Shown here piece after piece: positions 7,960 to 17,706 of a DNA stretch of 64,000 nucleotides (position 1 is the stretch's first letter; every line of letters starts with the position of its first letter). The DNA is from a virus: IMG/VR virus record IMGVR_UViG_3300029959_000004, positions 45,386-109,385 of that record; one strand, given 5' to 3'. The position numbers and the translations under genes were made by a program. A model generated the notes under the pieces. That model did not search any database. It was given only the letters and a program-made list of their open reading frames with translations, and had not been told where the DNA came from.

Positions 7960-8724
7960 TTATTTTATAACCTCAACTCTAACATTTAACAATCCATCAT
8001 TAATATTTCCTATTCTTTTAAATGCCTCCGGAGTTAAATCTATTACTCTACCCGGTTTTAGTGTACCGCAATCATTATGACGTACTATAACTGACTTTCC
8101 ATTATCAATATTAGTTACTTTATAAGATTTTCCATAGGTTTTAATTCCTTTCTTTAATGCACAAGTTAATTCATTAGCATTAAAGCGTTCTCCTGTTGCT
8201 GTAATTGTATCCTTATAAAAAGAAGCTTTACCTATCATAACTTTAACTCCAACTAAATTGGCTCTAATATAATCTAAATTCAATCCTTTTCCTGGACATT
8301 CCTCGTGATGCCTTTCAATATTACTAATTCTCAACTGATTTAAAAGAGATATTAACGACTTTTTTTGTGCTTCCGTAAACTTATCATTACCGGTTAAACA
8401 TATTCCAACTAAATTATTGCGACCTTTAGAGTGAGCTCCTATTTTATTGATATTACGACCTTTTTCAATACTACCATCTGTTCTAATTACAAAATGATAT
8501 CCAATACCATCAAAACCTCGTGCTTTATGCCAAGTATCAATAGTTTTAGCACTTACATCCGCAGAAGCCGAATGATGTATTACAGCTCTGCTAAGATCCA
8601 TTTGCGATATTGTAGCATTTATCTTCTTTATAGCTCTATTTCTAGTATGCCCCGCAGCAAAAGCTGAACTATTGAATACTAATAAGAAAACCAAAGCTAA
8701 ATATATTTTCTTTTTGTTATTCAT
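7960..8724 (-). CDS. Signal-peptide lysin: Amidase_2 N-acetylmuramoyl-L-alanine amidase fused to RlpA-like double-psi beta-barrel
   Basis: Signal ending SAFA; VIHHSA, IGYHFVI, GAHSKG, HHEECPG (T7-lysozyme-like Zn amidase); GKASFY...TATGERFN...LTCA...VTNIDNGKSVIVRHND...GRVIDLT..AF (RlpA). Confidence 0.88.
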   Translation of the reverse strand: MNNKKKIYLALVFLLVFNSSAFAAGHTRNRAIKKINATISQMDLSRAVIHHSASADVSAKTIDTWHKARGFDGIGYHFVIRTDGSIEKGRNINKIGAHSKGRNNLVGICLTGNDKFTEAQKKSLISLLNQLRISNIERHHEECPGKGLNLDYIRANLVGVKVMIGKASFYKDTITATGERFNANELTCALKKGIKTYGKSYKVTNIDNGKSVIVRHNDCGTLKPGRVIDLTPEAFKRIGNINDGLLNVRVEVIK

Positions 8725-8810
8725 ATTCTTTTATGCTGGATTAGCGTATTCGCTTTCATCCGCTACTTTACCACTTAATAACACAATAATACCGAGTAAT
8801 ATATTCATAT

Positions 8811-9329
8811 TTATCTCCTATGTTTCGCTAAAGTCAATCCAGCCCAATCTATATGAGCATATCCTTGTTCCTTAGTATTCTTCATATAAAACTTGCAATT
8901 CATAGTCATCCAAAGACTTTTCGGACTATTAAACGGTCTAATCTCCATAATACGTAAAAACTCTTCTCTTTTATGCAACTCTTCAAATTCCTTGTCTAAT
9001 CCTTCTCTTGAACCAGTAAAAACAACAGATTTAACTCCTAAAGAGTTAAATTCTTCTAACAATTCGTCTTTTTCTGTCTTATGCTCCAAAAGTAACATAT
9101 TTAACTCCATATTGCTTTTTAAATCTATTTTTCTAATGAAAACGTTTTCTTTTCTGTGTATAACTCTGTTAATAACTAATCCTAACTTATTAACAAACTT
9201 ATTAACTTTTATGTGATTTCCTTCACAAAAACCTTTAAAAAAATTTATGTATAACAAGATAAAACACAAGAAAACTCTTTTTATTAGTTTATAACTTGAC
9301 GATTGCCTCATTAAAGTAATGAGTATCAA
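8811..9329 (-). CDS. Hypothetical protein (true start probably downstream of 9329)
   Basis: ORF track. Confidence 0.5.
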   Translation of the reverse strand: MILITLMRQSSSYKLIKRVFLCFILLYINFFKGFCEGNHIKVNKFVNKLGLVINRVIHRKENVFIRKIDLKSNMELNMLLLEHKTEKDELLEEFNSLGVKSVVFTGSREGLDKEFEELHKREEFLRIMEIRPFNSPKSLWMTMNCKFYMKNTKEQGYAHIDWAGLTLAKHRR

Positions 9330-9564
9330 CCGTCTTTACTACAAAAGACTTACCTCTTGAAACTTCAATACCTAACTTCTTTAAAGCAGAATACAACGCC
9401 TGAATATGTATCTTGTCGCAATCAAGCATTTCTGCCGTAATCTTAGTAATCTCTGCTTTGTTAGCCTTCTCACTTCTTAAGAAATCAAGAAGTTTATTGC
9501 TAACGCTGTTAACCCTAACTCTTGAAACACTTGCTAAAGCGTCAAACTCATTTAATAAACTCAT
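9289..9564 (-). CDS. Hypothetical, possibly winged-helix DNA-binding protein; first gene of the leftward operon
   Basis: SD AAGGGGG; helical pattern ending in a beta hairpin. Confidence 0.55.
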   Translation of the reverse strand: MSLLNEFDALASVSRVRVNSVSNKLLDFLRSEKANKAEITKITAEMLDCDKIHIQALYSALKKLGIEVSRGKSFVVKTVDTHYFNEAIVKL

Positions 9565-9719
9565 TTTAATCCCCCTTTTTATTAGTTAATTTGCGACTAT
9601 TCTTTAATAAATAGTTTTTGCTGTTAGATACTTAACTAATTTTAGGAGTTTTCTTGTGCTTTAACTTGTCAAAGATCCGTGCTATTTCCTAATTACTCTT
9701 GCTTGCTTCTTACTCTCTT

Positions 9720-9747
9720 ACTATAACACTATAAGAAAATATGTAAA
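9720..9747 (-). promoter_or_regulatory. Leftward sigma70-type promoter
   Basis: TTTACA-16 nt-TATAGT with TGn extended -10. Confidence 0.5.
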
Positions 9748-10113
9748 GATAAATTCAATCAAACTTGTTTTCTCAAGACTTCAAAAGCCGACTATACTAA
9801 ACATACTATCAAGATAATACTATAATAGTATAATAATAAGAGATAATACTCAATACTTAAAAGCTCGTCGCTGTTAAGTAAATCTTATACTAAGTCAATA
9901 GTCTTTTTCTCTATCTATATGCACGGGTACAGTTTAGCTATGCGTTCCGAGAGTAAAAATAGACTCGACTGTTCCTTTCTCTGAATTTAACCTTATTTAT
10001 TACAACGTATTGTGTGTATAATTGCTTGTTAATGAGTGTTTATGTCATATTCTTATTTATTTTGTATAATTTATGATTATTTAGATTAATTTTAAAAATA
10101 GTTAAAATAAGTC

Positions 10114-10141
10114 TTGACAAATGATTGATTTTGTATATAAA
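10114..10141 (+). promoter_or_regulatory. Rightward sigma70-type promoter for the morphogenesis arm
   Basis: TTGACA-16 nt-TATAAA with an AT-rich upstream element. Confidence 0.6.
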
Positions 10142-10219
10142 TATATATGAGAGCTATGAATATTGATACTATATTTATTTTTAATATAACTACATATATA
10201 ACAACAAGTTAAGTATAAA

Positions 10220-10375
10220 ATGAGTAAAAAAAGAGTATTTAGAAGAGAAACTAAGAGTATATCTGAACAAGTAGAAGATCACTTTAAGTATATGTCTCAC
10301 AAGGGAGCTAGAAAGCAGAAAATTGTTAATTTTAAAGACCCTCTGTGGAGACCGAACGGAAATTTAATAGAATAA
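10220..10375 (+). CDS. Small basic hypothetical protein (51 aa)
   Basis: MSKKRVFRRETKS..., manual translation. Confidence 0.45.
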   Translation: MSKKRVFRRETKSISEQVEDHFKYMSHKGARKQKIVNFKDPLWRPNGNLIE

Positions 10376-10385
10376 AGGAAATAAT

Positions 10386-10661
10386 ATGTCAAACAACAGC
10401 AGAATCAATCCGATGTATATAGATACTACTGGATCTTTAATAGGAGTTAATACAAGAATATCTATTAATGGTATTTTAGTATTACCTAGTAATGCTACTT
10501 GGGCTATAACAATTAAGAATGGTGCTGGAGATACAATTTTCTTTGCAGATAACGTTGGTTCTAACGGGGCTATGCCTCCGTGTGTTCCTTTTTGGTCTAC
10601 TGGATTAGAAGTAACTACTTTAACTAATTGTACGGCGTTAATTTATACGAATCCTAGTTAA
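10386..10661 (+). CDS. Small beta-rich protein, possibly virion-associated
   Basis: SD AAGGA; Thr/Gly/Asn-rich composition. Confidence 0.6.
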   Translation: MSNNSRINPMYIDTTGSLIGVNTRISINGILVLPSNATWAITIKNGAGDTIFFADNVGSNGAMPPCVPFWSTGLEVTTLTNCTALIYTNPS

Positions 10662-10667
10662 CTAACT

Positions 10668-10742
10668 GCTCGATAAGCATAGACAGCGATGCAGTGGTTT
10701 TGTAAACCACAGAGCTCAGTGCATGTCTGAGATTGAGCTCCA
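10668..10742 (+). tRNA. tRNA-Thr(UGU) with encoded CCA and atypical D/T loops
   Basis: Acceptor GCTCGAT/ATTGAGC, D stem GCAT/ATGC, anticodon stem GTGGT/ACCAC with loop TT-TGT-AA, T stem CTCAG/CTGAG, ends T-CCA. Confidence 0.88.
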
Positions 10743-10834
10743 TTTAACAGTAAAGGAGATAAAGATGAACAAAAATTTAGAAATTCTGTTATGGGGTACA
10801 GATGAAGAGTTTCACAACCTATTGAGAGAACTAC

Positions 10835-11614
10835 GTGATAGACAAAACGAAGAAAAGAGTTCTGACTGAAGACTCACCATATAGAGATAAAGCGGATGTT
10901 AATATAGTAAGTAAGAGAGCGTTGAAATTAGGTGTAGAGGGTCTTTTTACAGACAAAGAAGAAATTAAACTAGCTAAAGAGCTAGAAAAGAAGTATCTGA
11001 CTGAATACAACATAGAAACAGTCTCAGATAAGAATCTATTATACTATCTAATCTACTTAGAGGTATTACATACAGCAAAGCTTCAAAAAACAGCTAACGA
11101 GTTCACCGTAAGCAATGATAACCTACCGTTGCAACTTCTAGATGCAATTCACAAGAATATAAATCAAATAATAGAGATTAAAGATAAGCTTGGACTTACA
11201 AAAAAAGAAGAAGTCTCAAACGACGCTTATCAGTCGTTGGAGCTTCTGAAGAAGAAGTTCAAAGTTTGGGCAGAGAACAATCAGGCTTCACGAACTTTAG
11301 TATGTCCTCACTGTTCACAGATGATTATGTTAAAGATGCGTACAGAAGCTTGGGAAGCTCAAAAACACACATTTTTTAAAGACAGACTACTGGGTAATGA
11401 ATCGCTAATACGTCTCTATAAGTTAGGAAGACTAACTAAAGAGGAAGTAGCTTCCGTTTTAGGTACTAGTTCAGACTATACAGAGTGGCTGATAAATCAT
11501 TGGAGTGTAGATGTAAACACTCCTTCCAAAGCAGGCATACACTCTGAACAAGAAGCTACAGAAGTTAAGAAAGAAAACAATGTAGAAAAAGAAATTGTTC
11601 AAGAAGAAAAGTAG
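10835..11614 (+). CDS. Putative terminase small subunit
   Basis: Position before the large terminase; helical, CPHC motif, C-terminal HTH-like segment. Confidence 0.45.
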   Translation: MIDKTKKRVLTEDSPYRDKADVNIVSKRALKLGVEGLFTDKEEIKLAKELEKKYLTEYNIETVSDKNLLYYLIYLEVLHTAKLQKTANEFTVSNDNLPLQLLDAIHKNINQIIEIKDKLGLTKKEEVSNDAYQSLELLKKKFKVWAENNQASRTLVCPHCSQMIMLKMRTEAWEAQKHTFFKDRLLGNESLIRLYKLGRLTKEEVASVLGTSSDYTEWLINHWSVDVNTPSKAGIHSEQEATEVKKENNVEKEIVQEEK

Positions 11615-11957
11615 TAGCGGCCGTGTATTAGTCACAAATCAATGGATTCAAGGCATCGTCGCTCACTAGTTAGGCGTAAGGCTCTATACCTTGAAAACTC
11701 TATTCTGAGTACAGTAGTGTAATATTTAACTACTAAAGTCTAATTAGCTTGTTTATTAGTATATCTTAAAACTAACTAGTTTTAGAGTAAATTTTAATAT
11801 AGATAGTGAAGGAGTCTTTAAAGAATTAAACAGATTTATTACAACACTATTTAGAGTAATTAAATATTATTAAAAAAGATTTTACTACGAAGCAACATGA
11901 ATTTTATGTTGCTGAGACCAAGCAAAGCTTGGTAGTGTGAAGAACTATTAAGTCATT

Positions 11958-13550
11958 ATGCTTTTAGAAAAAATAGAAGAATCCGAATTAGAGTTTTTAG
12001 AACTATTAAACTATCCAATATCTTTTATAGAAACTGTATTTAGTAATCTAGATAATTTAACATTACTAGAAGAAGATACTTTCAGTAATGTAAGACTATA
12101 TCAATTTCCTTTACTTTCTTATGAGTATTTAGTAGATAATATACCTCATTTTAGCGAAAAAGAGAATTTTAAGTTAAAAGAGAACAGTGGCAGTATTTAT
12201 TGTTTTGGAGGACGTAGATTTGGTAAAACACTATTGGTAGAGATAGCAGATTTATTACTTTCAATGGTTCATAATAACGGTGAATCTTGTGGATTTAGTT
12301 CTTTTGATGCTATGCACATAAGAAGCATACTAGAGAAAGTAATACAAGTATTAGAGAATCACGTGTTCTTTCAAATATTTGAAGCTCAAATAAATAGAAG
12401 CCCTACTTATAGAATTTTTCTTAAAAGAAATGGATACTGTTGCGAATCTATAAACATGAACTTGAGTGGTGAAAATTCCGGAGGACAGTTCTTTCAGAAG
12501 CATCTTACTAGACTGTACGTGGAAGAGGCTAGTTTTGAAACTCAGAAGGTATATGAGAAGAGACTAGATGCTATAAGTGAAAACGGCTGTGTTAATAGAA
12601 TAGCTGGAATGACTAACTTTACTAAATATAGTCCAGCAGGTAAAGCTTTTTATGATTTAACTAGAAAATCTTTATTAATTAACTATCCTCAGTACGTAAA
12701 TCCAAAATGGGGTGAAGCTGAAAAACAGAGAGCTATTAGAGAGCATGGCGGGGAAGATTCGATGGGTTATAGAATCTTCGTTAGAGGAGAAGTAGTTGAA
12801 GATGGCGTATCCGCTATAGATATGGAAAGAGTTCGTAAGAACTATAATACTAAGAAAACCATTAAACATATAGAAGTTAGTAAAGAAAACTTTGGTAATT
12901 TTGAAAATATAATAATAGTAGAAAGACCTCTTAATTCAGATAGATTGTTTGTGTGTGCTGACATTGGTGAAGCGATTACTGAAATAGTTCTTGTTTCGGA
13001 AGTTAATAATAAATATTATTATCTATATAACATTACTTTATATAATCTAAGCGATAAAGAACAATTTAAGATTTTTAAGTACATAGGTGAAAAAACATCC
13101 GCTAATTTAATTGGATTAGACGTTACTGATGGTATGGGTAGAGCAATTTATCGTTCATTAGAAGAAGTTTTTCCTAAAGAAAATCTTTGTTGGGTAGGAT
13201 TTAACGAAAAGATTAGAGTAGAGATAGAAAAAGACGATAAAGATAATGTTATACTTAAGGATGGTAAACCGGTTTGGAAAGAGGAATATGTTGATAGTTG
13301 GTCTGTAAAGAGATTAAGAGATTTATTATATGAAGAGGGAAAATTCGAACTGCCTTTAGATTATAAATTTGATTCTCAATTAAATCAAGTAATCGCTACT
13401 CAGTCTGGAAATAGAACGCTATACACGTGTATTTCAGCAGAAGATCACTTATTCGCCGCTTTTAGAGTGTTTGGAATAACAGAGTGGACAAATTATTTAA
13501 CTATAGTAAAAAATATTAAAAAGAAGAAATTTTTTAAATCCGGGGTATGA
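11958..13550 (+). CDS. terL: Terminase large subunit
   Basis: Walker A GGRRFGKT, Walker B-like LYVEEA, RNase H-like nuclease acidic motifs CADIG, GLDVTDG, EDHLFAA. Confidence 0.88.
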   Translation: MLLEKIEESELEFLELLNYPISFIETVFSNLDNLTLLEEDTFSNVRLYQFPLLSYEYLVDNIPHFSEKENFKLKENSGSIYCFGGRRFGKTLLVEIADLLLSMVHNNGESCGFSSFDAMHIRSILEKVIQVLENHVFFQIFEAQINRSPTYRIFLKRNGYCCESINMNLSGENSGGQFFQKHLTRLYVEEASFETQKVYEKRLDAISENGCVNRIAGMTNFTKYSPAGKAFYDLTRKSLLINYPQYVNPKWGEAEKQRAIREHGGEDSMGYRIFVRGEVVEDGVSAIDMERVRKNYNTKKTIKHIEVSKENFGNFENIIIVERPLNSDRLFVCADIGEAITEIVLVSEVNNKYYYLYNITLYNLSDKEQFKIFKYIGEKTSANLIGLDVTDGMGRAIYRSLEEVFPKENLCWVGFNEKIRVEIEKDDKDNVILKDGKPVWKEEYVDSWSVKRLRDLLYEEGKFELPLDYKFDSQLNQVIATQSGNRTLYTCISAEDHLFAAFRVFGITEWTNYLTIVKNIKKKKFFKSGV

Positions 13551-13572
13551 TAATAAAAAATCAGAGGCATAA

Positions 13573-15249
13573 ATGACAGAGAAAAATACAAGTGTTAGAA
13601 AGAAGATGAATCCAACCTTAGCTTGGCTGTGGGATATGATGAGTTTTTATGTATCTGATGAGATAAAAATACCTACAACTTTTAGAGAACAAGTAGAACA
13701 AGTAAAAAGTGTTTTATCTAGCGATACCTCAGGTATAGTAAACTCGGTATTAGACTTTGCTATTAACAGTGCTTCTGTAGACTATACTATTGAAACTGAT
13801 AACGAAAATTTTACTGCAATTATAAGTGAATGGTTTAAAAGAATAAATATATCTTCTTTGGGTAGAGTCCCAACAGGAATAAAAGCATTAGCGAAAGAAA
13901 ATTTTAGAGAAAGATGGAAGAATTCTTCTCTTATTTTATTAAGAACTGTTTGGGATAATATTGAAATAAACGGTACTTCTTTATATATGCCTGTTAAAAT
14001 GTGGTTTGTGGACGGAGGTAATATTCAGGTAACTGACGACAATTCTACTAGAATTATTGGGGAAGAGAATTATTATTTAAGAGTAGATAGTAATGAGAAA
14101 CATAATAAATTACTACCAACTTCTAAAGATGAATATATTTTTATTCAAAAACCTTTTAATTCTTGGTCTAGTCTTGAACCGACTCCTTTTATTATACAAA
14201 GAGGTTTGTATAAGAATCTAAAATTATTTGATTTATTGAGTAAAAAAGGAGAAAAGTTTATAGCAAAAGCTTTAGAATATTTATTGATGTTGAAGAAAGG
14301 TTCTGAGAAATTAACTGTAGATGGAGGGTCTGAGTATAATTACAGTGAAGAAGATTTGAAAAAAGTTAAAGATGATTTTAAAACATTAGTGAACAATAAT
14401 AAATCAGAATCTGGAACTCCAACATATGTTACTAATTTTGATACTATGTTAGAACATATATCTCCCGATTATAAGTTAGTAATGAATAGTGAAATATATG
14501 GGCCCATAGAAAAACGTATTTTAGCCGGTTTGGGTTTAATAGATATAGTTGAAGGAACATCTGCTAGTAGACGTGAATCTATTTTAAATCCTAAACCTTT
14601 TATAAGAGAAGTAAAAACTGGGATTTCAGATTTTACAAGTCTCTTAACTGATATTATGATTATGATTCGTGAGAAGAACGAAGCAAAACATCCTAAATTC
14701 TTTGGAGAAAAAATACAGTTTCATTATACTCCAATAGAAGATTTTATAAATGACAATCTAAGAGATCATTTACGTAGTTGTTATGACAGAGGAGTTATTT
14801 CTCAACAGACTTATGCTGAAGTAGTTGGGCAAACTGATTTTGATATTGAAATAACTAGAAGAAAATTAGAGAAGTCTGAAAAAATAGATAAACTTATGTA
14901 TCCTCATCTTACTCAGAATATAGAAGATAAATCAAATGTTGAAGATTTTCCTTCTAAAAATAATGATAATATTTCTTCTGATAAAAAAGGAATAGAAAAA
15001 AAGAATTATAAAGGTAATGAAGAGGAAGAAAATTTAACTGTAGAAGAAATAGAAATTTTAAATAAATTAGAAATATCTGATGAAGAATTAGAGGAAAGTG
15101 TTATTGTAAAGAAAAAAGACGGTTGGCACGTAATTTCTGAAAAAACAAATAAAAATTTAGGTGGTCCCTATAAAACTCGTAAACAAGCCGTAAAGAGACT
15201 CCGACAAATAGAATTTTTTAAGCATAAAGGGGAAGAATCAAATGAATGA
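13573..15249 (+). CDS. Portal protein with acidic linker and small basic C-terminal domain
   Basis: Between terminase and protease; size; GVISQQTYAE-type crown segment. Confidence 0.75.
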   Translation: MTEKNTSVRKKMNPTLAWLWDMMSFYVSDEIKIPTTFREQVEQVKSVLSSDTSGIVNSVLDFAINSASVDYTIETDNENFTAIISEWFKRINISSLGRVPTGIKALAKENFRERWKNSSLILLRTVWDNIEINGTSLYMPVKMWFVDGGNIQVTDDNSTRIIGEENYYLRVDSNEKHNKLLPTSKDEYIFIQKPFNSWSSLEPTPFIIQRGLYKNLKLFDLLSKKGEKFIAKALEYLLMLKKGSEKLTVDGGSEYNYSEEDLKKVKDDFKTLVNNNKSESGTPTYVTNFDTMLEHISPDYKLVMNSEIYGPIEKRILAGLGLIDIVEGTSASRRESILNPKPFIREVKTGISDFTSLLTDIMIMIREKNEAKHPKFFGEKIQFHYTPIEDFINDNLRDHLRSCYDRGVISQQTYAEVVGQTDFDIEITRRKLEKSEKIDKLMYPHLTQNIEDKSNVEDFPSKNNDNISSDKKGIEKKNYKGNEEEENLTVEEIEILNKLEISDEELEESVIVKKKDGWHVISEKTNKNLGGPYKTRKQAVKRLRQIEFFKHKGEESNE

Positions 15250-16675
15250 TAGAAATAAGTACTTTTTAGAAGACCTTACTTTTAACTCGACATATGAACT
15301 GATGGAGTTTTCTAAAGAGAATGATGAATTAAAAGAAATAGCTATAAAAAGAGGAATACAATTACCTTCTAAAGATATAGCTATTTTTAAATGTACTTAT
15401 GCTATGATAGATGAAGAGAATAGAAACGGTTGTACTCTTCCTAAAAAAGAAGTTAAGAAGGCTCTAAAAACTCTTGTAGGTAAAGCTGTAGATAAAGATC
15501 ATTTAAGAAAATCAACTATAGGATATTGGTTAGATGCTCAATTAGATGAAGGAAACATTATAGCTTATGGAGCTTTTTGGAAATCTAACTTTTCTGAAGA
15601 TTACGAAGAGATAAAGAAAAGAATGTTGGATGGCTCTATGAAAATTTCCTTTGAAGCTTGGGGGGATAGAACCTTTACAGGAGAGAAAAGTTATGAATTA
15701 CATAATATAGAATTTGCTGGTGGAGCTTTGTTATTTGATACAATCCCAGCTTTTCCCGATGCGGAAGTTTTGGAGTTTTCTACTAAAAAAGGTCAGATAT
15801 TAGAATTCGCTAAATTGATAGAAAATGCGAAATCAGAAGAAAAAATTATGAAAGAGGAAGAAATGGAAGAAGCTAAATTAAATTTTTATTATGATCAGGA
15901 ATTTATTGGAAGAATTATGATGGAAACGGAATGTTCTACTTGTAAAGCAAAAGGATTTAATGATATTTTATCTATTGATTTTGAAAATAGTAAGGTGAAG
16001 ACTAAATGCTATCAATGTAACGAAATTGCTTTGTATGATTTAAAACCAAGTTCTAGTATTATAAAGAAAGGTAAAAAACCAGAAACTGCAAAAAAAGACG
16101 TAAATATAACAGATAGTAATGCTAAGGAAAGTGAAATAAAGAAAGAAGGAGGAAACATAGTGGACGAATTGATAAAGAAATATAATAAAGCATCAGTTGA
16201 GGAACTCTCCAAGTTTTTTGATGAAACTTTAGCGTCTCTATCTGCTAAAGAAACAGAAAACGCTACCTTGAAGTCTGAAAAGGAAGCATTAACAAAAACA
16301 GTAGAGGAATCAAAGTTAATTATAGAGAACGCAAAGTTAGAAACGGAAAAGATTAAAACGGAGTTTGCTAATGTTAAAACCGAACTAGACAAGAGAATCT
16401 CTACCGAAAAAGCAGCTTTTGTAAAGGCTCGTAGAGATGAGATCGGTGAAGAGTTTGCTAAAGAATTAAGTGATGAAGATATACAAAATGATTTAAAATT
16501 TGAGAATGCAAAGTTGAAGAAAGAGTTATCTATAGCTAAACAAGAAAAAGGATCGACAACTTCAGGAATGGAAGCTGGTTCTAAGATTAAGGCTGAAGCA
16601 AATTCTGAAAGTTTTAAGAAACAAGAAGCAATACGAGATCAAGCATTTGGAAAAATAGACGAAACAAAGAAATAA
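15242..16675 (+). CDS. Prohead protease / scaffold fusion
   Basis: ENRNG, DKDH, ISFEAW and GGALL...PAFPDA fit an HK97/U35-like protease; long C-terminal coiled coil. Confidence 0.78.
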   Translation: MNDRNKYFLEDLTFNSTYELMEFSKENDELKEIAIKRGIQLPSKDIAIFKCTYAMIDEENRNGCTLPKKEVKKALKTLVGKAVDKDHLRKSTIGYWLDAQLDEGNIIAYGAFWKSNFSEDYEEIKKRMLDGSMKISFEAWGDRTFTGEKSYELHNIEFAGGALLFDTIPAFPDAEVLEFSTKKGQILEFAKLIENAKSEEKIMKEEEMEEAKLNFYYDQEFIGRIMMETECSTCKAKGFNDILSIDFENSKVKTKCYQCNEIALYDLKPSSSIIKKGKKPETAKKDVNITDSNAKESEIKKEGGNIVDELIKKYNKASVEELSKFFDETLASLSAKETENATLKSEKEALTKTVEESKLIIENAKLETEKIKTEFANVKTELDKRISTEKAAFVKARRDEIGEEFAKELSDEDIQNDLKFENAKLKKELSIAKQEKGSTTSGMEAGSKIKAEANSESFKKQEAIRDQAFGKIDETKK

Positions 16676-16694
16676 ACGGAGGAAGTTTAAAAAA

Positions 16695-17630
16695 ATGGAA
16701 GATTCAAAAATTAAATACTCTCAGCTCGAAATGGCTAGAGTCATAGGTGAACCCCTGGATCCCAGGAAACCCTATACTGATGTAGTTGCTGCTGTAGCTG
16801 AAACACAATATGCAGATCCAAACGAATATGTTTATTATTTTGATGTGTTAAACGAAACAGATACAATTTATACGATTACTTCAGGTGGAAACGTAACTAG
16901 TTCAAATGTATCTCCCGACTCTGCTACTGCTTTTACATTTATTGATGTTGCAACTCCTGAGTATTATGTTAAGATTACTGATTTAGCCTCCTCAAAAGAG
17001 TCTACTTTAGCTCGTAAGTTAAAAACGATTGAAAGAACGTTAAATATGTATGAAAACAAATATATTTTTGATTTAGCTTCTACTGCTACAAGCACTTCAG
17101 GTTTTCAGAATACTTTAACTTCAGGTCAGATGAGATTCTCTTATAATGATTTAATTACGATGGTTCAGCAAGTTGTAGATTACGGTGATAATTATACGTT
17201 GTTTGTTGGGTCAGAGCTTGATACTGATATTAAGTTATGGGATTGGAATGATAATAAATATCATTCTATGATCGCCGCTTTTGGTGATTTAGGCATTACA
17301 AAAATACGTATGGGTACCGGTAATTTAGCAATTGATAGCGCCACTGGTGTACGTCAGTTGTTAGCTAGTTATGGATATTTAATTGCTAATAGTACTGAAG
17401 TTGGAAAACCGTTCTTGTTTGTTCGTAAACGTTTAAACGATATTGATCTTTTAGGTGGAGCAATTAAGTCCTCTGGTGAAAAACCAGAACGTTTAGTTTT
17501 CGTATCTCCTAACCCGATAGTCGCTTCAGGTGGAACTACTCGTTATTTAGCAGTTGGTGTTACAGGTTTTGAAGAGATCGTTGCGGCTTGTATTAACCCT
17601 TACGCTGTTTCAAGATTTATTAGAAGCTAA
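16695..17630 (+). CDS. Major capsid protein
   Basis: Follows the scaffold, strong SD GGAGG, terminator after it, 311 aa, HK97-like C-terminus (CINPYAV). Confidence 0.78.
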   Translation: MEDSKIKYSQLEMARVIGEPLDPRKPYTDVVAAVAETQYADPNEYVYYFDVLNETDTIYTITSGGNVTSSNVSPDSATAFTFIDVATPEYYVKITDLASSKESTLARKLKTIERTLNMYENKYIFDLASTATSTSGFQNTLTSGQMRFSYNDLITMVQQVVDYGDNYTLFVGSELDTDIKLWDWNDNKYHSMIAAFGDLGITKIRMGTGNLAIDSATGVRQLLASYGYLIANSTEVGKPFLFVRKRLNDIDLLGGAIKSSGEKPERLVFVSPNPIVASGGTTRYLAVGVTGFEEIVAACINPYAVSRFIRS

Positions 17631-17645
17631 TAGTTAGTATATATA

Positions 17646-17690
17646 GAGAATGGGGAGCCAACTACTCCCCTTCTCAACTTTTTAACTTTT
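17646..17690 (+). terminator. Intrinsic terminator after the capsid gene
   Basis: GAGAA-T-GGGGAG...CTCCCC-TTCTC stem followed by T-rich tract. Confidence 0.65.
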
Positions 17691-17706
17691 AACAAGAGAG
17701 GTTTAA

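Noticed and set aside
11615-11957. Group I intron, tmRNA or hammerhead between the terminase genes
   Set aside because: No recognisable P7/catalytic core, tRNA-like ends or CUGANGA+GAAA; kept only as an unclassified structured gap.
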